A stretch of 55,620 nucleotides of DNA from Acidimicrobiia bacterium. Lineage in GTDB: Bacteria; Actinomycetota; Acidimicrobiia; Spongiisociales; JALYHC01. This document shows positions 37,481 through 46,478 of this stretch, one piece after another. The notes under the pieces were generated by a model that was not told where the DNA came from, did no database searches, and saw nothing but the letters and a program-made list of their open reading frames with translations. The position numbers and the translations under genes were made by a program. How positions within the stretch are numbered: the first letter of the stretch is position 1; each line of letters begins with the position of its first letter. The DNA lies in contig JBOGFC010000186.1 in NCBI GenBank assembly GCA_050742155.1, forward strand, positions 1 to 55,620, written 5' to 3'.

Positions 37481-38223
37481 GCTACCAAGTTCAGACGGCC
37501 GTGTTCGAGGGCCCACTCGACCTGCTCCTGCAGCTCATCACCCGGCGCCAGGTCGACATCAGCGAGCTCAGCCTGGTCGACTTGGTGGCCGAATACCTCC
37601 GGCACGTGCACGCCATGCAGCAGCTCGACCTGGAGGTGGCCAGCGAGTTCCTCCTCATCGCCTCCACGCTCGTCCAGCTCAAGGCCCGCCGGCTCCTTCC
37701 CGAGAATGGGAGCCTCGACCTCGATGAGGAGCTCGGCCTCATCGAGGAGCGCGACCGGCTGCTGGCGCGGCTCCTCGCTTGCGCAACCTTCAAAGACGTG
37801 GCGGCGGTGCTGGGCCACCGGCTGGCGGCCACCGCCCGGTTCGTCCCGCGCCAGGTTGGTCTGGACCGGGAATCGGTCCCCCGGGCACCGGCGGTGACGA
37901 TTCCCATCGGTGCCGAGGACCTCGCCCGCCTGGCCGGCCGGGCGCTCGGCCGATCGAAGGCTCCCGATCTCGATCATCTGGACCTCGAGCTGCCCTCGGT
38001 GGAAGAGGCCCTGGCCGATCTCCAGGCCCGGATGTCCCAGGCGATGGAGGCCGATTTCGCGGAGTTGACCGCTCACTGCCGTCGCAAGGCCGAGGTGGTG
38101 GCCTACTTCCTGGCCATGCTGGAGCTGGCTCGCTGGGGCATGCTGGAGCTCTCCCAGGACGGCTCATTCTCGGAGATCACCGTTCGCACGCTGCAGCCGG
38201 GTTGGCAAGAGAGCCCCCGATGA
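37477..38223 (+). CDS. scpA: Segregation and condensation protein A
   Basis: 248 aa. FEGPLDLLLQLITRRQVDISELSLVDL. Confidence 0.92.
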   Translation: MSYQVQTAVFEGPLDLLLQLITRRQVDISELSLVDLVAEYLRHVHAMQQLDLEVASEFLLIASTLVQLKARRLLPENGSLDLDEELGLIEERDRLLARLLACATFKDVAAVLGHRLAATARFVPRQVGLDRESVPRAPAVTIPIGAEDLARLAGRALGRSKAPDLDHLDLELPSVEEALADLQARMSQAMEADFAELTAHCRRKAEVVAYFLAMLELARWGMLELSQDGSFSEITVRTLQPGWQESPR

Positions 38224-38765
38224 CCAGGAACCTCCTGGAGGCCATCTTGTTCGTGGCCGAGGATCCGGTTCCGCTGGCCGAGCTGGCCGAGCTGTTGGAG
38301 CTGTCGGCGGAAGGAGTGGGGTCGGAGCTGGCCGGGCTGGAAGCCGAGCTCCGGGAGCGACGAAGTGGCCTGGTACTCAGGGAGGTGGCCGGGGGCTGGC
38401 GACTCTACACCCATCCGGACACCTTCCCGTACCTGGAGCGGTTCGCCTCCAGTGCCACGGCCACCCGTCTCTCGGGAGCGGCGCTGGAGACGCTGGCCGT
38501 GGTCGCCTACCGGCAGCCGGTCTCCCGGGGGCAAGTGACTGATATCCGAGGGGTCGATTCCGAATCGGCCCTGCACACGCTGGAGCGCCGGGGCTTGGTC
38601 GCCGAGGTGGGTCGGCTCAGCGCCCCCGGTACTCCGGTGCTCTACGGCACTACCCCTCTCTTCCTGGAAAAGCTCGGGCTCAAGTCGCTGGACGACCTCC
38701 CACCCCTCGCCGACCACATCCCCCCAGCCGAGGTCATGGAGGCTTTCGAGGAACCACTGCGTTAG
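38220..38765 (+). CDS. scpB: Segregation and condensation protein B
   Basis: Track ORF 37779..38765 trimmed to ATG 38220 (residue 148), giving an ATGA overlap. LEAILFVAEDPVPL and LETLAVVAYRQPVSRGQV. Confidence 0.92.
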   Translation: MTRNLLEAILFVAEDPVPLAELAELLELSAEGVGSELAGLEAELRERRSGLVLREVAGGWRLYTHPDTFPYLERFASSATATRLSGAALETLAVVAYRQPVSRGQVTDIRGVDSESALHTLERRGLVAEVGRLSAPGTPVLYGTTPLFLEKLGLKSLDDLPPLADHIPPAEVMEAFEEPLR

Positions 38766-38774
38766 AACAAACCC

Positions 38775-38797
38775 CGAACCTTAGGTTCTAGCGAACG
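38775..38797. repeat. Left terminal inverted repeat CGAACCTTAGGTTCTAGCGAACG
   Basis: Exact reverse complement of 39875..39897. Internally self-complementary (GAACC-TTA-GGTTC and GTTC-TAGC-GAAC). Confidence 0.9.
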
Positions 38798-38879
38798 TCT
38801 GGCGTCTGCTATTGCCTTGGGTTCGTCAGGACGAGTTCCCCGCGGTCGGATCCTCGGCGTTTCGTCACACCCAGGCGCC

Positions 38880-39824
38880 ATGATCTCCAAGATGAACTCT
38901 CCACGGGACCGACGGGTCGGGCTGATCGCGGCCTGTCAGCATGGGGTGGTCACCCGCCGACAGGCACTGGCGGTTGGGATGACCGATCCGATGATCCGAC
39001 GGCGGATCACTTCGGGTGTCTGGCAGCGCATCGAACCCGGTAGTTACCGGCTGTCGGGGCATGCCGACACCCTCCGCTCGCTCCTGTGTGCCGCGACTGC
39101 CGCGCTTCCGGGGGTGGTGTCACACGAATCGGCCGCCGAGCTCCACGGGCTCCCTCACGTGCCCAGAGGTCGTGCCGTCGTCACGGTGCCGGCCCGATCC
39201 ACATACCGGTTCCCTGGCGTGCGGGTTCATCAGTCGACCGACCTCACCAGCGATTTTGTGCTGACCATCGAACGCCTCCCTACTACTTCCCTCCCCAGGA
39301 CGATCGTAGATCTGGCGGGTGTGCTTCGGGCCGGGCGCCTGGAGCAGATCATCGACCACTGCCTCGTAACGAGGGCCGTCGACTTGGGCGTCCTGACTGA
39401 GACACTGTCTGTGGTCGCACGGCGGGGAAAGCCAGGCGTTCAGCGCCTGAGGGAGATCCTCGCAACAAGAGGGCCAGGTCTTGAAGTACCCGAATCGGTA
39501 CTCGAGCTCAAGCTCTTGAAGCTCCTGCTGGCCGCCCAGCTGCCCGATCCCGTTCAACAATTCTCGATTCCTTGGCATGATGCCCGTCCCGGCCGGGTCG
39601 ACCTGGCCTATCCGGAGGCTTTGCTGCTCATCGAAGCCGACGGCCGGCGCTGGCACACCAGGAGCGAGGCCTTCGAAGCAGACCGCCGACGGGACAACCT
39701 CGCCGTGCTGGCCGGCTGGCGGGTGCTCCGGTTCACTTGGAGAGACATCGCCGAACGGCCGGGTGAAGTCGTGGCGATCGTCCGGGAAGCTCTGGCGGAG
39801 AGCTTGGGCCCGGCAGTCCGATAA
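38880..39824 (+). CDS. AbiEi-like wHTH N-domain + DUF559 (Vsr/PD-(D/E)xK-like endonuclease) protein
   Basis: Track ORF 38817..39824; ATG 38880 is the preferred start. CQHGVVTRRQALAVGMTDPMIRRRITSGVWQRIEPGSYRL, and the C-terminal VDLAYPEALLLIEADGRRWHT...LAGWRVLRFTWRDI typical of DUF559. Confidence 0.85.
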   Translation: MISKMNSPRDRRVGLIAACQHGVVTRRQALAVGMTDPMIRRRITSGVWQRIEPGSYRLSGHADTLRSLLCAATAALPGVVSHESAAELHGLPHVPRGRAVVTVPARSTYRFPGVRVHQSTDLTSDFVLTIERLPTTSLPRTIVDLAGVLRAGRLEQIIDHCLVTRAVDLGVLTETLSVVARRGKPGVQRLREILATRGPGLEVPESVLELKLLKLLLAAQLPDPVQQFSIPWHDARPGRVDLAYPEALLLIEADGRRWHTRSEAFEADRRRDNLAVLAGWRVLRFTWRDIAERPGEVVAIVREALAESLGPAVR

Positions 39825-39874
39825 AGCCATGGACCGGCACGCGTCCCAAACTTCAGGCAATATTGAACGTGCAC

Positions 39875-39897
39875 CGTTCGCTAGAACCTAAGGTTCG
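39875..39897. repeat. Right terminal inverted repeat CGTTCGCTAGAACCTAAGGTTCG
   Basis: Exact reverse complement of 38775..38797. An extra local hairpin GAACG-TGCAC-CGTTC (39865..39879) overlaps its inner end. Confidence 0.9.
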
Positions 39898-39938
39898 CAT
39901 GTACTACCGGGGGGCTTGTTTCGACAAGCGCTTCTGAC

Positions 39939-40658
39939 ATGGAGGAGCGCCTCCAGAAGCTGATCGCCCATTCCGGGCTCACCTCCCGGCGGGGAGCCGA
40001 GGAGCTGATCCGCCAGGGGAGGGTCCGGGTGGACGACCGACCGGCCCATCTCGGACAGAAGGTCGACCCGGAGAAGGCCCGGGTCGAGGTGGACGGCGTT
40101 TCGCTCCCGATCAAGCCCGGCGCCCTGTACTTCCTGGTCAACAAGCCCCCCGGCGTGGTGAGCACCGCCCACGATCCCCACGGGAGAGCGACCGTGGTCG
40201 ACCTGGTCCCGGCCGAGACCCGTCTCTACCCAGTCGGACGCCTCGACGCCGACTCGGAGGGATTGGTGCTCCTCACCAACGACGGGGACCTCGCCGACCT
40301 CGTCACCCACCCCCGGTATGGCGTTCCGAAGACCTATACCGTGCTGGCAGAGGGAGTGCCCTCCCGGGCGGCGCTCCGCTCGCTCGCCGAGGGGGTCGAG
40401 CTGGAGGACGGCCCGGCCCGGGCCCTGTCGGCCCGGCTGCTCGACGCGGGAGACCGGAAGGCCCTGGTCGAGGTGGTGATGGGGGAGGGCCGCAAGCGCG
40501 AGGTGCGCCGCATGTTCGAGGTGATCGGCCATCCGGTGCGGCGCCTGGTACGGACCGCCATCGGCCCGCTGCGGGACTCGACCCTGTCTCCGGGGGAGTG
40601 GCGCCCCCTCACCCTGGAGGAGGTCCGAGCCCTCTACCAGGCCGCCGGAGACCGGTGA
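39939..40658 (+). CDS. rluB: Pseudouridine synthase (RsuA/RluB family)
   Basis: 239 aa. S4 domain (RLQKLIAHSGLTSRRGAEELI) and the catalytic motif GRLDADSEGLVLLTNDG. Confidence 0.9.
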   Translation: MEERLQKLIAHSGLTSRRGAEELIRQGRVRVDDRPAHLGQKVDPEKARVEVDGVSLPIKPGALYFLVNKPPGVVSTAHDPHGRATVVDLVPAETRLYPVGRLDADSEGLVLLTNDGDLADLVTHPRYGVPKTYTVLAEGVPSRAALRSLAEGVELEDGPARALSARLLDAGDRKALVEVVMGEGRKREVRRMFEVIGHPVRRLVRTAIGPLRDSTLSPGEWRPLTLEEVRALYQAAGDR

Positions 40659-41935
40659 GCGCACGCACCGTCCGGGGGCCGGGCGGAGTGTTCCGGGCCC
40701 GCCTGCGTGTACCCGGCGACAAGTCCCTGTCGCATCGGGCGCTCCTCCTGGCCGGGATGGCCCGCGGAGAGAGCGAGCTGCAAGGCCTGGGACCAGGCCG
40801 GGACGTGCAATCCACCAAGAGGCTCCTCGAGGCCCTGGGGGTCCAAGTGGGGGAGGGATGGGTGCGATCTGGCGGAGTGGACCTTTGGGAGGCGCCCGCT
40901 ACAGAGCTCGATGCCGGCAACTCGGCGACCACGGTCCGCCTGATGGCCGGGGCACTGGCGGGACGCTCCTTCACCAGCACGCTGGTGGGAGACGACTCAC
41001 TCATGGCCCGCCCTATGGATCGACTGGCAGGGCCGCTTGAGGCGCTGGGCGCCCGGGTGTGGGTCTCGGAGGGCGGCACCCCGCCGGTCGTCGTCGGAGG
41101 AAGCGGGCCCCTACACGGGGCCGAGGTGTGGATCGCCGTCGCTTCGGCCCAGGTGCGGTCGGCGGTGGAGCTGGCCGCCCTCCAGGCGGAAGGTGAATCC
41201 CTGGTCGACAGCCCACCCGGGTTCAGGGACCATACCGAGCGCTGGCTGGCGGCGCTGGGCTTGGGGGAGAGGCGCTCGGCCACCGCCTTTCGGGTCGTGC
41301 CCGGCCGGGTGCCGCCCGCCTCCTATCCCATCCCCGGCGACCCATCCTCGGCCGCCTTCCTGTGGGCGGCGGCCGCCCTGGTCCCGGGGGCCGAGGTGCT
41401 GGTCGAGCAGGTGAGCCTCAACCCGGGCCGGACCGGCTTCTGCGAGGTCCTGGAGCACATGGGGGTCGAGGTGGAGACTCGTCACACCGGCGAGGTGCAC
41501 GGTGATCCGGTGGGAGACGTGAGAGTGCGGGGCGCACCGCTGTCGGGGACGGCCGTGGACGGGGAGCTGGCCACCCGTAGCCTCGACGAGCTACCCCTGG
41601 TGGCGGTGCTGGCCGGGTGCGCCGAGGGACCGACCACGATCGGGGATGCCGGCGAGCTGCGCGTCAAGGAGTCGAACCGCATCACCACGGCCGTGAACAT
41701 GGTCCGCGCGTTGGGCGGTGAGGCGCACGAGACCCACGATGGATTCGTGGTGGGGGGTGGTCGGATCTACCGGGGCGGAACAGTTGAGGCGGGAGGCGAC
41801 CACCGCATCGCCATGGCGGCGGCCGTGGCAGCTTCTGCGTCCACCGGTCCGGTGACGATCGAAGGCGCCCAGGCGGCGGAGGTTTCGTGGCCGGGCTTCT
41901 ACGAGGCCCTGGAGGGCGTGTGGTCATCGCCATAG
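40655..41935 (+). CDS. aroA: 3-phosphoshikimate 1-carboxyvinyltransferase (EPSP synthase)
   Basis: Track ORF 40598..41935 trimmed to GTG 40655, giving a GTGA overlap. VPGDKSLSHRALLLA, LDAGNSATTVRLM, and KESNR in RVKESNRI. Confidence 0.9.
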   Translation: MSARTVRGPGGVFRARLRVPGDKSLSHRALLLAGMARGESELQGLGPGRDVQSTKRLLEALGVQVGEGWVRSGGVDLWEAPATELDAGNSATTVRLMAGALAGRSFTSTLVGDDSLMARPMDRLAGPLEALGARVWVSEGGTPPVVVGGSGPLHGAEVWIAVASAQVRSAVELAALQAEGESLVDSPPGFRDHTERWLAALGLGERRSATAFRVVPGRVPPASYPIPGDPSSAAFLWAAAALVPGAEVLVEQVSLNPGRTGFCEVLEHMGVEVETRHTGEVHGDPVGDVRVRGAPLSGTAVDGELATRSLDELPLVAVLAGCAEGPTTIGDAGELRVKESNRITTAVNMVRALGGEAHETHDGFVVGGGRIYRGGTVEAGGDHRIAMAAAVAASASTGPVTIEGAQAAEVSWPGFYEALEGVWSSP

Positions 41936-42549
41936 ACGGGCCGAGCGGGGTGGGCAAGACCACGGTGAGCCGGCTGGTGGCGGGGCGCCTCGGCTGGCCG
42001 GCCCTCGACACCGGGGCGCTCTACCGCGCCGTCACCCTGGCTGTGCTGCGCGCCGGGCTCGATCCGGCCGACGGGGGAGCGATCACCGCGCTCCTCCCCA
42101 GCCTGGTGGTGGGTTTCGAGGAGGGAGCCGTGTTCCTCGATGGTGAAGAGGTGAGCGATGCGGTCCGTGCCCCCCACGTCACGGAGGCGGTCAGCGCGGT
42201 GTCGGCCCGGACGGAGGTCCGCCGGGCGCTGGTCCCGCTCCAGCGGCGTTGGGTGGAGGAGCACGGCGGATCGGCGGTCGTCGAGGGCCGCGACATCGGC
42301 ACCGTGGTCTTCCCCGACGCCGAGGTGAAGGTCTTTCTGACGGCCCGGCCGGAGGTTCGGGCCGCTCGCCGGGCCCGGCAGCAAGGGTCCAGCCTCGGCG
42401 AGACCGCCGGCGACCTGGCGCGACGAGACCGGGCCGACTCCACCCGGGAGACCTCCCCGCTGCGGCCTGCCGAGGATGCCATCCCGATCGAGACTTCCGA
42501 GCTGAACGCCCAGCAGGTCGCCGATCGGGTGCTGGCCCTGGTCCGATAG
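41920..42549 (+). CDS. cmk: Cytidylate kinase
   Basis: Track ORF 41887..42549 trimmed to GTG 41920. VVIAIDGPSGVGKTTVSR and EGRDIGTVVFP. Confidence 0.9.
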   Translation: MVIAIDGPSGVGKTTVSRLVAGRLGWPALDTGALYRAVTLAVLRAGLDPADGGAITALLPSLVVGFEEGAVFLDGEEVSDAVRAPHVTEAVSAVSARTEVRRALVPLQRRWVEEHGGSAVVEGRDIGTVVFPDAEVKVFLTARPEVRAARRARQQGSSLGETAGDLARRDRADSTRETSPLRPAEDAIPIETSELNAQQVADRVLALVR

Positions 42550-42553
42550 GCCC

Positions 42554-43603
42554 CTACCTGCGGGCCAGCAGCTCCAGGGCCTCGGTGGCTCCCCATTCCC
42601 GGTCGCCTTCGAGGAGTCCTCGGGCGCCCGGCGACCGGCTGGTGTAGGCGCCTTCCACCGCCGCCTGCAGGGCGCTGAGGAATGCGCGGAGCTGAGGAGG
42701 AAGCGGGAAGTACTCGTCCTCGTCGGTGAGGCGGACCACCTCCACTCCCTCCCGGGGAGCGAGGGCCTCGATCACCTCCTGGACGAGCTGCTCGGGCGCC
42801 GAGGCGCCGGCCGTCAGGCCCACCACCCGGGCTCCCTCGACCCACTCGGGCCTGATGTCGTCCGGGCCGTCGATCCGCTTCACGGGCGCCCCTGACTCCC
42901 GGGCCACCCGCACCAGTGCCTGAGTGTTGGAGGAGTTCTCCGAGCCGACCACCAGGACCAGGTCGGAGCGAGCGCTCAGCTCCTGGATGGCTGCCTGCCG
43001 GTTGGTGGTGGCGTAACAGAGGTCGCTCTTGCGAGCCGTCCAGAGGTTCGGGTACCGGGCCTGCGCCTGGTCGAGGATCGCCTCCCATTCGTAGATTCCG
43101 AGCGTGGTTTGGGCGACGAGCGCCACCTTGCCCGGATCCCCGGGTTGGAACTCCCCCAGGCCCTCCTCCGGCTCCACCAGGTGGATCGAGGTAGGCGCCT
43201 CGGCCACCGTGCCCACCGCCTCGTCGTGGCCCTGGTGGCCGATGTAGATGATGTCGAAGCCCTCCCGGTCCATCCGCTTCACCTCGTGGTGGACCTTGGT
43301 GACCAGCGGGCACACCGCGTCCACCACCACCGCGGCCCGGGAGCGAGCGCTCTCCACCACCTCGGGGGAGGAGCCGTGGGCCGAGAGCATCAGAGGAGCT
43401 CCCTGGGGGACCTCCGAGACGTCGTCGACGAAGATGACCCCCGCCTCCTCGAAGGCCTTGACGACCGAGGCGTTGTGCACGATCTGGTGGAAGCAGTAGA
43501 CGGGCGGCCGGAAGGTGCGCACCATCCAGGTGAGGGCCTTGATGGCCATCTCCACACCGGCACAGAATCCCCGCGGGGCCGCCAGCAGGACCTTGTCAGG
43601 CAT
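42554..43603 (-). CDS. ispH: 4-hydroxy-3-methylbut-2-enyl diphosphate reductase
   Basis: 349 aa. LLAAPRGFCAGVEMAI, HNASVV, and conserved Cys residues. Confidence 0.93.
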   Translation of the reverse strand: MPDKVLLAAPRGFCAGVEMAIKALTWMVRTFRPPVYCFHQIVHNASVVKAFEEAGVIFVDDVSEVPQGAPLMLSAHGSSPEVVESARSRAAVVVDAVCPLVTKVHHEVKRMDREGFDIIYIGHQGHDEAVGTVAEAPTSIHLVEPEEGLGEFQPGDPGKVALVAQTTLGIYEWEAILDQAQARYPNLWTARKSDLCYATTNRQAAIQELSARSDLVLVVGSENSSNTQALVRVARESGAPVKRIDGPDDIRPEWVEGARVVGLTAGASAPEQLVQEVIEALAPREGVEVVRLTDEDEYFPLPPQLRAFLSALQAAVEGAYTSRSPGARGLLEGDREWGATEALELLARR

Positions 43604-43640
43604 GGGGCCATTGTACGGCGGGTGGGGAACGGCCCGAACT

Positions 43641-43662
43641 CCCTCCCCCTAAAGGGGGAGGG
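43641..43662. repeat. Solitary GC hairpin of the CCCTCCCC/GGGGAGGG family
   Basis: CCCTCCCCC-TAAA-GGGGGAGGG gives a perfect 9-bp stem. It sits in the 92-nt divergent spacer between ispH and the DUF512 gene. Confidence 0.8.
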
Positions 43663-43695
43663 CGGGGAGGAAGACAGCCCCCTATCCTGGCCGCC

Positions 43696-45168
43696 GTGGA
43701 CTATCCCGTCGTCTCCGATGTGGTCCCCGACAGCCCGGCCGCCCAGGCCGGGGTGGCGGTAGGCGACGAGCTGATGGCGGTGGCCGGGGTGCTCCCGTCG
43801 GACATCATCGAGTACCAGCAACTGGTCGACGAAGAGGAGGTCGAGCTCACCGTGCGCCGGGGAGGGCTGGAACAGACGGTCCTCATCGGGAAAGCGGCCG
43901 GCGCACCCCTCGGCCTGCGCCTGGATTCCTCGATCTTCGACCGGGTGCAGACCTGCGACAACCACTGCGAGTTCTGCTTCATCTATCAGCTGCCCCGGGG
44001 GATGCGAAAGACCCTCTACCTCAAGGACGACGACTATCGGCTCTCCTTCCTCTATGGGAACTTCACCACCCTGACCCGCTTCACCGAGCTGGATCTCGCC
44101 CGGGTGGTGGAGGAGCGCCTCGGGCCTCTGTACGTGTCTATCCACACCACCGACCCGGCGGTACGGGCCCGGATGCTCCGCAATCCTCGAGGCGCCACCA
44201 GCCTGCGCTGGCTGCGGGCGCTCCTCGCCGGCGGGATCGAGGTGCACGGCCAGATCGTCCTCTGCTCCGGGGTCAATGACGGGACGGTGCTGGAGCGGAC
44301 CTGCGCCGAGATCGTCGCCCGATACCCGCAGCTGGCCTCGGTAGGGGTGGTCCCGCTGGGGGTCTCTCGCTACAACAACGAGGAGAGCCTCCATCCCCAC
44401 ACACCGGAGCAGGCGGCCGAGGCGCTCGATACGCTGCGCGCCTGGCAAGAGGTGGCGCTGGACGCCTTGGGGCGACGAATGTTCTTCGCCTCCGACGAGC
44501 TCTACCTGATGGCCGGGTGGGAGTTTCCCGCCTCGCACGCCTACGAGGGCTTCCCGCAACACGAGAACGGGATCGGCATGGCGCGCGCTTTCTACGATGA
44601 GCTCGAGCGGCTCGAGGCCGGACACCATCATCCGGGCCCCTCCCGTACGGGCCGGTGGCTGTCGCTGTCCTCCGCTCCCGGCCACGGCTACCGAGCCGAT
44701 CGAGCCACCGGTGCCGTCGGAGGGCAGCCCTCGGCGGGTCCGGCGACTGTCATCACCGGTGAGTACGGGGCCCGTGTCCTCGAGCCGGTTCGCCAGCGCC
44801 TGGAACGGCTGTGCGGCCGGGAGATGCGGCTGCTGACGGTGCGCAACGAGTTCTTCGGCGGCAACGTGGCGGTCTCCGGGCTTCTGGTGGGAGACGACCT
44901 GAAGCGGGCTCTCGAGGAGGATGCGCATCCCCCGGCCGTGTACCTCTTGCCGGACGTCACCCTGTCCGGCGACCGCTTCCTCGATGACCTCACCCTGGCC
45001 GAGGTAGCCGGATCCGCCCGGTCTCCGCTGGTGGCGGTCCCCACCTCGGTGGAGGGGCTCATTGTGGGGGCCCAAACCCCCTTGTCTCTTGGGGGGCCCG
45101 GCGGCGATGGCAGGCAAGCCGCTACCGAAGGGTTCGGGGCCGCCATGACCCCCCAAACCCCCCAATGA
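43696..45168 (+). CDS. PDZ + radical-SAM-like + DUF512 domain protein
   Basis: 490 aa. N-terminal PDZ (SPAAQAGVAVGDELMAV), CDNHCEFC cysteine triad, then a DUF512-type C-region. Lies upstream of der, as in many Gram-positives. Confidence 0.8.
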   Translation: MDYPVVSDVVPDSPAAQAGVAVGDELMAVAGVLPSDIIEYQQLVDEEEVELTVRRGGLEQTVLIGKAAGAPLGLRLDSSIFDRVQTCDNHCEFCFIYQLPRGMRKTLYLKDDDYRLSFLYGNFTTLTRFTELDLARVVEERLGPLYVSIHTTDPAVRARMLRNPRGATSLRWLRALLAGGIEVHGQIVLCSGVNDGTVLERTCAEIVARYPQLASVGVVPLGVSRYNNEESLHPHTPEQAAEALDTLRAWQEVALDALGRRMFFASDELYLMAGWEFPASHAYEGFPQHENGIGMARAFYDELERLEAGHHHPGPSRTGRWLSLSSAPGHGYRADRATGAVGGQPSAGPATVITGEYGARVLEPVRQRLERLCGREMRLLTVRNEFFGGNVAVSGLLVGDDLKRALEEDAHPPAVYLLPDVTLSGDRFLDDLTLAEVAGSARSPLVAVPTSVEGLIVGAQTPLSLGGPGGDGRQAATEGFGAAMTPQTPQ

Positions 45169-46478
45169 AACCGGTGGTGGCGGTGGTGGGCCGGCCGAAT
45201 GTCGGGAAGTCCACCCTGGTGAACCGCATACTCGGGCGGCGGGCGGCCGTGGTCGAGGAGCAAGCCGGGGTGACCCGAGATCGCAAGGAGTACCCGGCCG
45301 AGTGGGCCGGGCGCGAGTTCATCCTGGTGGATACGGGGGGTTGGGTGGTGAGCCCCGGCGAGCAGCTCACGGCCGACATCCGCCTGCAGGCGGAGATCGC
45401 CCTGGGCGCCGCCGACGCGGTGCTGTTCGTGGTGGATGCAACGGCCGGGGTGAGCGAGGACGATGCGGGGGTGGCCCACCTCCTGCGCCGGGCCGAGGTG
45501 CCGGTCCTGCTGGTGGCCAACAAGGTCGACGACGCGCCTCACGAGGCCGACGTACCCGAGCTCTGGGGCCTGGGCCTGGGGGAGCCGCTGGCGGTGAGCG
45601 CCCTGCACGGCCGGGGGGTTGGGGATCTGCTCGACCGGCTGGCCGAGAAGCTCCCCGAAGCTCTGCCTGAAGAGCCGGAGGCGGTGCCCACCCTGGCCAT
45701 CGTGGGGCGTCCCAACGTGGGCAAGTCCACCCTCCTCAACCGCCTGCTGGGCGAGGACCGCATCCTCGTCTCTCCCACCCCGGGCACCACCCGCGACCCG
45801 GTGGAGGTGATCGTCCACCTGGATGGAGAGCGGTACCAGTTGGTGGACACGGCCGGCATGCGACGGAGGTCCCGGGTGGACGAGCGAACCGAGTACTACT
45901 CGGTGCTGCGCGCCCGACAGGCGGTCGAGGAGGCCGACGTGACGATGCTCCTGATCGATGCCCCCGAAGGAGTCGCCCATCAGGACCAGCGCCTGGCCGA
46001 AGAGGTGGTGGAGGCCGGCTCGGGGCTGGTGGTGCTCCTCAACAAGTGGGACCTGGTGGACGAGGAGACCCGGTCCGCCACCGAGCGGAGCGTGGGCGAG
46101 CGGCTCGGCTTCGTGGCCTGGGCGCCGCTCTTGCGAGTCTCCGCCAAGACCGGTGCCCGCCTCCACCGGCTGGCTCCGACCGTGCGCCGCGTCCTCGACA
46201 ACCGCCGTCGGCGCATCGCCACCGGACGCCTCAACCAGCTGGTCAGGCGATTCCAGGAGGCGCATCCTCCACCTTCTCGGGGTGGGCGCCGGGCCGGCAT
46301 CCTCTACGCGGTCCAGGCCGGGGTGGAGCCGCCCACCCTGGTGCTGTTCACTCGTGGGGAGCTGGGAGTCGATTATCTCCGTTTCCTGGAGAACCGTCTT
46401 CGCGCAGAGGCCGACTTCACCGGGAGCCCGATCCGGCTGGCGGCCCGGCGGCGAACACGGAGGCCGGCCGGTGTCTGA
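45165..46478 (+). CDS. der: Ribosome biogenesis GTPase Der (EngA)
   Basis: 437 aa. Two G domains (GRPNVGKST twice) and a KH-like C-terminus. Confidence 0.95.
   Translation: MKPVVAVVGRPNVGKSTLVNRILGRRAAVVEEQAGVTRDRKEYPAEWAGREFILVDTGGWVVSPGEQLTADIRLQAEIALGAADAVLFVVDATAGVSEDDAGVAHLLRRAEVPVLLVANKVDDAPHEADVPELWGLGLGEPLAVSALHGRGVGDLLDRLAEKLPEALPEEPEAVPTLAIVGRPNVGKSTLLNRLLGEDRILVSPTPGTTRDPVEVIVHLDGERYQLVDTAGMRRRSRVDERTEYYSVLRARQAVEEADVTMLLIDAPEGVAHQDQRLAEEVVEAGSGLVVLLNKWDLVDEETRSATERSVGERLGFVAWAPLLRVSAKTGARLHRLAPTVRRVLDNRRRRIATGRLNQLVRRFQEAHPPPSRGGRRAGILYAVQAGVEPPTLVLFTRGELGVDYLRFLENRLRAEADFTGSPIRLAARRRTRRPAGV

Larger units (their letters stand above)
38775..39897. mobile_element. Candidate inverted-repeat-bounded cassette carrying a single DUF559 endonuclease gene
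   Basis: 23-bp perfect inverted repeats sit at both ends. Composition is visibly more A/T-rich than the flanks. The cassette interrupts the scpB-rluB junction. No transposase and no obvious target-site duplication. Confidence 0.45.

Noticed and set aside
38775-38797. LexA/Cheo-box-like GAAC...GTTC in the cassette repeats
   Set aside because: The spacing is 5 nt (GAACCTTAGGTTC) rather than the 4 nt of GAAC-N4-GTTC boxes, and the flanks do not match TCGAAC-N4-GTTCGA.
39120-39860. 246-aa minus-strand ORF inside the DUF559 cassette
   Set aside because: It is antisense to the DUF559 gene, has no motifs and is not needed to explain the cassette.
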